Source: an uncultured Bacilli bacterium
GTDB taxonomy: Bacteria; Bacillota_I; Bacilli_A; RF39; UBA660
Assembly (NCBI GenBank): GCA_947626095.1
Contig: CANQQV010000021.1
Span: 1 to 20,546, forward strand
Direction of reading: 5' to 3'
DNA length: 20,546 bases
Below the pieces are notes generated by a model, which was given only the letters and a program-made list of their open reading frames with translations, was not told the DNA's origin and did not search any database. Positions 1 to 7,493 of the stretch are shown here, piece by piece; the first letter of the stretch is position 1, and every line of letters starts with the position of its first letter. A program made the translations under genes and the position numbers.

Positions 1-110
1 TTAGCACCAACTACATTTTTACATTCTTCTGGAATTTCAGCTGCACTAACAGTAACTACTGATAGTAATATTGCACATAGTGCAAATACAAATAATTTTA
101 AATTTTTCAT
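1..110 (-). CDS. 5' end of a secreted surface protein (putative expression locus of the cassette system), truncated by the window edge: MKNLKLFVFALCAILLSVVTVSAAEIPEECKNVVGA...
   Basis: ATG at 110-108 preceded by SD AAGAAAGGGAGAGG. Classical Sec signal peptide (basic MKNLK, hydrophobic core, VSA/A cleavage site). Positions 1-77 are identical to 3029-3105. Absent from the ORF track because it is truncated. Confidence 0.9.
   Translation of the reverse strand, partial: MKNLKLFVFALCAILLSVVTVSAAEIPEECKNVVGA
39..77 (-). repeat. 5' cassette-boundary repeat, copy in the expression locus (39-bp core encoding CAILLSVVTVSAA)
   Basis: agctgcactaacagtaactactgatagtaatattgcaca is identical at 39-77, 1849-1887, 3067-3105 and 4319-4357. 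Confidence 0.97.
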
Positions 111-128
111 ATTTATCCTCTCCCTTTC

Positions 129-152
129 TTAAAATTGTTTGCTTTTAAACAA
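129..152 (-). other. Putative 7-codon leader mini-ORF (TTG-FKSKQF-TAA) with its own SD; its stop overlaps the SD of the main gene
   Basis: Minus strand reads AAGAAAGGAG-ATTAAT-TTG TTT AAA AGC AAA CAA TTT TAA-GAAAGGGAGAGG-ATAAAT-ATG. Confidence 0.4.
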
Positions 153-175
153 ATTAATCTCCTTTCTTACTATTA

Positions 176-204
176 AGTATACTCATCTGACTTTTATTTG
201 TCAA
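176..204 (-). promoter_or_regulatory. Sigma-A/70 promoter of the expression locus
   Basis: TTGACA (204-199), 17-bp spacer, TATACT (181-176) on the minus strand, about 65 bp upstream of the ATG. Confidence 0.85.
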
Positions 205-452
205 CATTTATATTCGTTAAAAATTCAATTTTTTTACATTTACACAAAAATATAAAAAAACTATTATTCCCATAATTAGGAGTATAATTTGCTTTTATAA
301 CAATATTATAACCAAAAATAGGAAAATATAAACTTTATTTTAATTATATTTATTCGACAAAATAATAAATATAAAAAAGATTATATACTAATTATGATCT
401 AAAACTACCACACCCTCTTTTCCTAAATAATATATTATATATTAAAAAGGAT

Positions 453-546
453 GAAATATCTAATATATTTATATAATATGATAAAACTCAAATATTATGT
501 CTTCACAAAAAGGAACAACCTCTCAAATAAATATATTAGATATTTC
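453..546. repeat. Perfect 20-bp inverted repeat around a 54-bp core
   Basis: gaaatatctaatatatttat (453-472) is the exact reverse complement of ataaatatattagatatttc (527-546). Confidence 0.85.
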
Positions 547-630
547 TTTTTTATTTTATGTACCGTACATTTGTATGCATATAAACATATATATTATAAT
601 ATTGTACATCATACATATTAATATATACTT

Positions 631-1887
631 CTATACAAGACCAGCATCATATGTGTTTGGAGCTTGTTCTTCTGGTTTAGCAGCTGGTTTCTTATCATCT
701 TCTGCTTTTGTTGAAACTACTACTTTGTAGTCGCCTTCTTCTTTAACAGTATAACCTTCTGCTACTAATTGATTAGATACATCATAGTTTATACCTGCAA
801 TAGTAACTGTAGCAATAATATTATTTAAATATTTACCACCCGTTAAAATTCCTTGATAAGCTTTAGCAACTATTACCTTATCATCAACTTTAGTTGCAGC
901 ATTAATAAACATAGCGGCACGGTTAGTTGCTTTACTATTAAATTCACCACCACTAATTGCGTATGTAGCATTTGGATTAGTTAAAGATAAAGCATAACCA
1001 CCTGTTGTAGATTCAAGTGTACCACCTGTTATTGTTAATGTTGCTTCAGCAGTACCACTAACTTCAACAGCATCTTTACTAGAAGATACAATTTTTCCAC
1101 CATTAATTGTTAGAGAACCTTCATATAAATGGAATGCATCACCAGTACTAACAGTAAATGTACTATTATCAAAAGTTACTACAGATTTTCCTCTAATAGC
1201 GTTTCCAGAAACAGCAGCTACTTTACTATCTTTAACCGAAATGTTAGCTGCTGTTGTAGTTGCAGAACTAGCACTACTTGGTGTTGCAAATAAAGCACCA
1301 ACATCATATGCTCCACCATTAATAATAGTAGTAGTATTATGAGAAGCTACATTAGCCATTGTTGCTTTAGCAGTTACTGTTAAACCATTTAATGTAAGAC
1401 TTCCATTATTTACAAATAATGCTGCAGTACCAGTTGCAGTAAATGTTCCACCAGTTACCGCTGTTGTTCCTGAGTTATTTACTAAAGTACCACCAGTTGT
1501 AGAAGTAACATTATTTAATGCTAAATTTCCACCTTTGTTTACAATGATTGTACGACCAGCAGTCAATTTAGCACCAGTAATAGTTAAACTACCTTTATCT
1601 GCTACTGTAATAGTAATTGTCGAAGCAAAGTTTACGTCGTTATCGTTAGCTAAAATAGTAACATTTTTAGAAATTGTATATGAGCTGGCTTGAACATTTA
1701 AGTTTTTACCTTCACCTAAAATTTCAACTGTTCCACCATTTTTTACTGCTTCTACAAAAGCTTCTTCTGCAGTATCAGCTTTTTGACCATTATATAAAGC
1801 TTCACAAACACTTTGACCAGCAACTGGATCATCAGTTGGTAGGTAACAAGCTGCACTAACAGTAACTACTGATAGTAATATTGCACA
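631..1887 (-). pseudogene. Silent cassette A (418 codons): variable beta-helix-like surface-protein segment with no start codon, partial signal peptide and truncated anchor
   Basis: Open frame from CAILLSVVTVSAACYLP... to ...APNTYDAGLV-stop. It forms the second half of the 826-aa track ORF. Rich in T/G/N/V with I-x-GG-x-F/Y repeats. Confidence 0.8.
632..710 (-). repeat. 3' cassette-boundary repeat, copy A (KAEDDKKPAAKPEEQAPNTYDAGLV)
   Basis: Matches 1916-1994 with 3 synonymous mismatches. 631-729 matches 3128-3226 with 3 synonymous mismatches. Confidence 0.95.
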
Positions 1888-1888
1888 T
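1849..1888 (-). repeat. 5' cassette-boundary repeat, copy A
   Basis: 40 bp identical to 39-78. Confidence 0.97.
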
Positions 1889-1915
1889 CCATATCTACTT
1901 AATGCTAATCCCATA

Positions 1916-1994
1916 TATACAAGACCTGCATCATATGTGTTTGGAGCTTGTTCTTCTGGTTTAGCAGCAGGCTTCTTATCATCTTCTGCTTTTG
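1916..1994 (-). repeat. 3' cassette-boundary repeat, copy B
   Basis: Near-identical to 632-710 and 3129-3207, encoding the same peptide. Confidence 0.95.
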
Positions 1995-3066
1995 ATGGAT
2001 TAACTGTTACTACTCCATTTTCAGTTGTAGTTGTTGCATTTCCAGTTAAGATTGCAGCAGCTGCAGCAGCATAAGTCTTACGACCATTTTCTTCTACATC
2101 TCCTACAATAGATCCAGTAAATTCACCTTTTTTAATCATTCCGTTATGATTAGTTAGGAATTTTTCATTACGAATATGTAATGCTGGCATTTGTTTTCCA
2201 TCTTTATCTTTACCAGAAGTAACTTTACCACCTTCAAAGCTATAAGTTCCATTTGATCCATCGAACCAAATAGCTTCTTCAACTGAACTTGATGTAGATA
2301 TTTCTCCACCTTTAACAGCTAAAACGTTTGTGTATTTAGCATCTGGTTCTTTTACCCATATAGCTGTTCTAGTTCCTGTAGCTTTAATAGTACCACCATT
2401 AATATTTAATGTACCATTTTTAAGTTCAAACACTCTTTTTGATGATGTATAAGAACCACCATTTACATTAACTATTGTAGTACCAGCATCTAGTGATACT
2501 AGTGCATCTGTTTTTAAATCATCAGTTGTTACTTTAGCATTTAAGTTAATAGTTAAATTTTTGTTTTTACCTGGATCACAATCAACTAACTCATTAGAAA
2601 CTGTCCAATCTCCATTAATATTAACTACTGTAGCTTTTGTAGCATCTTCAACTTTAACAACAGCACCTTCATTATGAGGAGCTCCAGAATTACTTACAAC
2701 TGTTACATCGTCAGCAAATGTTAATGTAGAAGCACTTTTTTCAGAATTAACTTTTAAACTAGAAGTATAACCAGTTTTAATTGTACCATTTTTGATAGTA
2801 ACATTGGCACCTTTAACTGTCCAAGAACCACCAGCAAATGTATGAGTTCCTTCGTTTAAGTTAAGTGTAACATTTTTATCGATTTCTACAACTCCACCAG
2901 TTGAAGCCCATGTATCAGTATCTTTTAAGAATACAATTTCAGCTGTTTCGTCTTCTTTAATATCAGTTAAAGCACTTCCTAAAGATGTAAAACATTGATA
3001 TTGTCTATCTGAATACTTAACAAAATATTTAGCACCAACTACATTTTTACATTCTTCTGGAATTTC

Positions 3067-3105
3067 AGCTGCACTAACAGTAACTACTGATAGTAATATT
3101 GCACA
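3067..3105 (-). repeat. 5' cassette-boundary repeat, copy B
   Basis: Identical to 39-77. Identity extends to the window edge (3029-3105 = 1-77). Confidence 0.97.
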
Positions 3106-3127
3106 AACCATATATTAATATATACCT

Positions 3128-4366
3128 CTATACAAGACCTGCATCATATGTGTTTGGAGCTTGTTCTTCTGGCTTAGCAGCTGGTTTCTTATCGTCTTCT
3201 GCTTTTGTTGAAACTACTACTTTGTAAGTATCTTTTCCAACAACTTCATCTTTTACAGTATAACCTTCAGCAACTAATTCATCAGATATATTGATTGTTG
3301 CACCATTTACAGCTTCACGATCTGCTGTAATATTTAATAAATATTTACCACCAGTTAAGATACCTTTTAATGCTTCAACAACATGTGTTTTACCATCTTT
3401 ATCAGTTTCTAACATTGCTGGAGTTAATCCGATAGCAGCTTTAACATCAGTACCACCATTTAAAGTGCCATTAGTTATTGCATATGTTGCTTTTGGATTT
3501 CCAAGACTCAATGCAAATGATTTTTTTGCAGTTATTGTTCCACCATTTATAGTTAAACTTGCATCTTCACTAGTTCCAGTTGTTGTAATTGCATATGCAT
3601 TTTTAGCAACAAATTCACCATTTTTGATAGTAGCTTCGCCATCACTTAAATATAGTACACTATCATTTGCAGTTACTTTTGTTACATTATTAACTACTAA
3701 TTGAGTACCATGTTCAATAACAAATGCATTACCTGATGTTGTATAAGTTCCACCATCAACAGTAACTTTAGATGGAGTTTCATCATCTGGAGCTGCAGAT
3801 TGACCTGAAGTAACTACAGCAAGAGCATTAGTAACAGTAGCATTTAAGTTAACATTTGCTCCATGAGCAGTTAAATTTACAAGTTTTCTATTTCCAACAT
3901 TAACTTCACCAGTAATTCCAACTTCACCAGCACCAGCAACTGTTATAAATGCTGAGCCTGAATTACCAGCTGTAGTTTTAGTTGAATGAAGTAATAATTT
4001 TCCACCTGCATTAACAACAAATGCACCACCTGTTGTGTTAACATTTAATTCAGTACCTTCAATAGTAAGTGTTCCACCATTAGCAACTGTAAAGCTACCA
4101 TTAGAACCTAAAACTACTTTATGATCACCTGATTTAATTGTTACATTTTTATCAATTGTTTCAGCAGCAGAAATGTTTAAATTAGCGTATAAAACCATTG
4201 TTCCGCCTTTTTTAGCTTCAGTCCATGCTTGACCAATTGCAGCAAATCTGTCACCATTTACAGTAGCTACACATTCACCAGGTTGAGCATTCTTTCCATC
4301 AGCTGGTAGGTTGCAAGTAGCTGCACTAACAGTAACTACTGATAGTAATATTGCACATAGTGCAAA
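3128..4366 (-). pseudogene. Silent cassette C (412 codons); the track ORF 3128..4198 starts at an internal Met
   Basis: The frame is open 56 codons upstream of 4198 (FALCAILLSVVTVSAATCNLPADGKNAQPGECVATVNG...). It is directly preceded by an in-frame TAA (4369-4367) and has no start codon or SD. Ends APNTYDAGLV-stop. Confidence 0.85.
3129..3207 (-). repeat. 3' cassette-boundary repeat, copy C
   Basis: Near-identical to 632-710 and 1916-1994. Confidence 0.95.
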
Positions 4367-4367
4367 T
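4319..4367 (-). repeat. 5' cassette-boundary repeat, copy C (longest boundary match, 49 bp)
   Basis: Identical to 39-87. Confidence 0.97.
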
Positions 4368-4375
4368 TAAGAATT

Positions 4376-4398
4376 AAAAAAAGAAGTATTAAACTTCT
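4376..4398 (-). terminator. Probable intrinsic terminator between the Rpn gene and the cassette array
   Basis: Minus strand AGAAGT-TTAAT-ACTTCT followed by a T run, overlapping the stop codon. The stem is short. Confidence 0.6.
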
Positions 4399-5266
4399 AT
4401 AATATTGGCATACTAAGTCGTTTTGATAATTCTTCATTTGACATACCTGAATTAATAAGCTTTAATAAATTAGCTCTTTCTTCTTGACGGCCTTCTTTAA
4501 TACCGGCTTGTCTTCCGGTTATAATGCCTTCTTTAATACCATCTTCTTTGGCTTCTTTTAAGTCGGCTTCTAATACATCTTTTAAATACTTCTCTTCTTC
4601 GTATTCTCTTTGCATAGCTTTATATTGGTTTACGATTTTCTCTATGTCTTTCATAACACTCTCCCTTTCTTTATTTCCTTTAGCATATATCGCCATCTCT
4701 TTAAAACTAGTTGCATCAAACATTACATAATCTAATTGTTTTTCCATGTCTTGATTATAGCATAAGTTAGACAATATTGGTATATAAATATTAATTATCT
4801 TAATACTATTTAAATCTAAATTATTATCTTTATCTTTTAATGTATAGATAGATGTTCCTATCTCTTTTCTATCTTTAGAATAAAAGTTATTTAAGTTTAC
4901 TTGAATAACTTTTATTTTATCTATATAACTAGTTTTATTATCTTTAGCATAGTATTCTCCGGCTATCTTATAGAGATATGATTCATTACGATTACTTAGT
5001 CCTTTATTATACTTAGGATTTAATTCAATATTAATCTTAATCTTTTTATCAGGTGATTCTAATAAGATATCGACTATATTACCTTTACTATCTTTTCTTT
5101 TAATAGGTAGTTCATTAGGGATTAAGATAAAGTTACTAATATCAAAGTTAACGATATTACTAATAAGACGATTAAAATAGTTTCTTGTTTCTTTACTACC
5201 TATTAACCATAAAGATTTAAATAATTTATCATAAGTTAAAGGAACAAATGGGTTTTCTATTTCCAT
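4397..5266 (-). CDS. Rpn-family recombination-promoting nuclease / PD-(D/E)XK nuclease family putative transposase (289 aa)
   Basis: N-terminal D-x-x-F-K motif (YDKLFK), VDILL...INIELN nuclease motif, IQVNLNNF, and a C-terminal GIKEG...GIKEGRQEER plus GMSNEELSK tail typical of the family. Start reassigned to ATG 5266, which follows GAAAGGAGG. Confidence 0.85.
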   Translation of the reverse strand: MEIENPFVPLTYDKLFKSLWLIGSKETRNYFNRLISNIVNFDISNFILIPNELPIKRKDSKGNIVDILLESPDKKIKINIELNPKYNKGLSNRNESYLYKIAGEYYAKDNKTSYIDKIKVIQVNLNNFYSKDRKEIGTSIYTLKDKDNNLDLNSIKIINIYIPILSNLCYNQDMEKQLDYVMFDATSFKEMAIYAKGNKERESVMKDIEKIVNQYKAMQREYEEEKYLKDVLEADLKEAKEDGIKEGIITGRQAGIKEGRQEERANLLKLINSGMSNEELSKRLSMPIL

Positions 5267-5332
5267 AAGGTATATACCTCCTTTCACTATAATTATTCGC
5301 GATTAAAGGTCTATTTCCTTTTTTTTTAAGAG

Positions 5333-5372
5333 AAAAAAAATAAAGATCTAGCTTAAAACTAGAACTTTATTT
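5333..5372 (-). terminator. Intrinsic terminator ending the rel-dtd-hypothetical operon
   Basis: 14-bp stem with one mismatch (aaataaagatctag / ctagaactttattt), followed by a T run on the minus strand. Confidence 0.75.
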
Positions 5373-6690
5373 AATTATTCCATGTCTTTATATTAACTGA
5401 TTCGTTTTCACAATCATCAGATCTATCAATAACATTTCTTTGTTTATAAACACATAAAGTTATTATATTATCAGTCTCTCTACTTATCTTAAACGCTGGA
5501 TTAGTTATTGTCGAATGATACATTTGTGAGAATTTTAATTGTAATTGATATCTTTCAGTTTTACCATAATCTATAAAATGTAAAATACTATCATTACTTG
5601 TTAAATAAGCAACATAAGATCCTCTTTCAATTATTTGATTAACTCTTTCAATATTTAAGAATTCTCTTCCATCTTCCATTCTATAAATTTTATAATCTGT
5701 AAATTCTTCACTACCAACTACTCGATCTTTACCTGTCTTAATATAATAAGTTAAATTGTTATTACGCCATACATCATATATTGGATCTTTACTATCAATA
5801 GATACTTTCTTATTCTTATATAAATCATAAACATACCATACATCATCTTTACATAAAATATAGTACTTCGTATCTTCATCATAATTTACAGATTTATATT
5901 CAAATGGTAATACTTCTTTTATATCGCCATCTTCTTCAATATGTATAACGCCCCATTTAGCATTATCCATACTCTTAACGATAAAGTTATTATTCTCCCC
6001 ATTTGATTTTTCTAAATCAGCATTATATGTACTATCTTTAACATCAGCATATTTAGCTAATATCTTACGATCATCTAATAAGAACTGATATAAATAAACT
6101 GTTCTTGAATAACCAGCATCACCATATTTTTTATCTTGTTTTTCTGAATCATCAACAAAAGCAAATTTATCATATATATTACCCATTACATGTTGTTCTT
6201 CTAAAGCAGTTAAAGGATCTTTATTTATAATATTATAATCATCATAACCACCAAAGGCCTTATTACAATCACTAGCTGTATTTAAACATTTATAAGCTCC
6301 CACAAATTCGTATTTACTATCATAATAATATAATAAGCCACGATGTTTATCAGCCATTGAATAATTATCATCTGGTATTTCATAATCTTTTGGTACCACA
6401 GGCAAATCAGGTCTTGCCTCTGGTTCTTCTCTTGCTTTCCAAAAAGGTACTAATTCTTCACCTTTTTTTGCATTTCTACTATATTGACGATATATATATC
6501 CAAATGATATATATTCATCAACCGTTCCATCATCATAATCTATTGTTGTATGTATAGCCAATATTAAAGGTTGACTATGAGTATATCTAACATAATTAAT
6601 AATAAATAATATGCCCCATAAAATAGCTAATATTAATAATAGTATTTCTATTTTTTTCTTTTTCGATAATTTAACTGGTTCCTGATACAT
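5371..6690 (-). CDS. Hypothetical membrane-anchored protein with a WG-repeat-like beta-rich extracellular region
   Basis: 439-aa ORF with SD GAGGTG, a basic N-terminus plus one TM helix, and KWGVI...VLPFEYKSV resembling a WG beta repeat. Confidence 0.7.
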   Translation of the reverse strand: MYQEPVKLSKKKKIEILLLILAILWGILFIINYVRYTHSQPLILAIHTTIDYDDGTVDEYISFGYIYRQYSRNAKKGEELVPFWKAREEPEARPDLPVVPKDYEIPDDNYSMADKHRGLLYYYDSKYEFVGAYKCLNTASDCNKAFGGYDDYNIINKDPLTALEEQHVMGNIYDKFAFVDDSEKQDKKYGDAGYSRTVYLYQFLLDDRKILAKYADVKDSTYNADLEKSNGENNNFIVKSMDNAKWGVIHIEEDGDIKEVLPFEYKSVNYDEDTKYYILCKDDVWYVYDLYKNKKVSIDSKDPIYDVWRNNNLTYYIKTGKDRVVGSEEFTDYKIYRMEDGREFLNIERVNQIIERGSYVAYLTSNDSILHFIDYGKTERYQLQLKFSQMYHSTITNPAFKISRETDNIITLCVYKQRNVIDRSDDCENESVNIKTWNN

Positions 6691-6707
6691 AACAATTCAC
6701 CTCTTCT

Positions 6708-7487
6708 TTACCTTTCATCAGATATAATACTTTCTTCTAAGTAAAAACTATTATCTTTTCTTTTAAAGGTATGTTCATATAAAACGCCATCTCTTTTTAT
6801 TATTTCATCATCTATATGATAATGTATATTACTTGCATCCTTACTATCACATATTCCTTGATTAAAATAACTTAAACATCTTTGATTATTCGCTAGTTGT
6901 ATATTCAAGTAATATTCTCTTATTACTACTTTATCTTTAGTTTCATAAGCATCTTTTATACTTGAATAAGCGACATAATCTTGCTGATAATCTTCTTTTA
7001 AACAATAGTATTTTTTTCCATCATTTTTACAAGTATAACCTTCATATTCTATTTTTGGATAACTTATATCTCTTTGAATATTAAAGTATTTATCAATATA
7101 CTCATTTATTTTACTATTCTCAAAAACTATTATATTACACATTCCATTCGATGTAAAAAATATTTCTTTATTTACTTGACAAGTTATTTTAACTGGTTTA
7201 ACATGTAACGTTTGATAATCATTTTCTTCTAAGTTATCTAAAGTAAAGGTAATTAACTCTTCATCACTTAATTCACTAGGTATTAATTGCGCTTTTCTAA
7301 GTTTATTACCTTCTATTCTTGATTTTAAGATTAACACTGTTGGATCATTTAAAGCTAATTCATTACGTGAAAACATTTTAAAGACATTATATTTTACTTT
7401 ACTAAAGATTACAAAACTAAGAATAAAAATAATAATTATTATTCCTGTCAAACAAATTGTCTTTAAAATATCTTTCACGTATCTCAC
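6708..7487 (-). CDS. Hypothetical membrane-anchored protein (distant paralog of 11777..12562)
   Basis: 259-aa ORF with an N-terminal TM helix, tightly packed in the operon. Confidence 0.75.
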   Translation of the reverse strand: MRYVKDILKTICLTGIIIIIFILSFVIFSKVKYNVFKMFSRNELALNDPTVLILKSRIEGNKLRKAQLIPSELSDEELITFTLDNLEENDYQTLHVKPVKITCQVNKEIFFTSNGMCNIIVFENSKINEYIDKYFNIQRDISYPKIEYEGYTCKNDGKKYYCLKEDYQQDYVAYSSIKDAYETKDKVVIREYYLNIQLANNQRCLSYFNQGICDSKDASNIHYHIDDEIIKRDGVLYEHTFKRKDNSFYLEESIISDER

Positions 7488-7493
7488 CTTCTT

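Larger units (their letters stand above)
1888..3111 (-). pseudogene. Silent cassette B (about 408 codons), fused in frame to cassette A; its start matches the expression locus
   Basis: (MV)CAILLSVVTVSAAEIPEECKNVVGAK... to ...APNTYDAGLVYMGLALSRYG, then reads straight into the next 5' repeat. It lacks the basic n-region of the signal peptide. Confidence 0.78.

Noticed and set aside
405-423. G-rich minus-strand patch (GGAAAAGAGGGTGTGG) as a pilE-like G-quadruplex
   Set aside because: Only three short G tracts, which is insufficient for a canonical G4.
497-730. 77-aa plus-strand ORF
   Set aside because: Low-complexity translation of AT-rich spacer plus antisense of the 3' repeat.
631-3111. Single 826-aa protein as given by the ORF track
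   Set aside because: It contains an internal anchor-like motif and a second partial signal peptide, has a poorly placed SD and no basic n-region. It is better explained as two fused cassettes.
39-4367. Repeats read as a CRISPR array
   Set aside because: Spacing is about 1.2-1.8 kb, the repeats are in-frame coding sequence, and no cas genes are present.
39-4367. Shufflon or DNA-inversion system
   Set aside because: All cassettes and boundary repeats are in direct orientation and no invertase is present in the window.
631-5266. Diversity-generating retroelement
   Set aside because: No reverse transcriptase, and repeat differences are synonymous rather than adenine-specific.
4370-5330. Rpn gene as an IS element
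   Set aside because: No terminal inverted repeats or target-site duplication found. The family label 'putative transposase' is not evidence of mobility.
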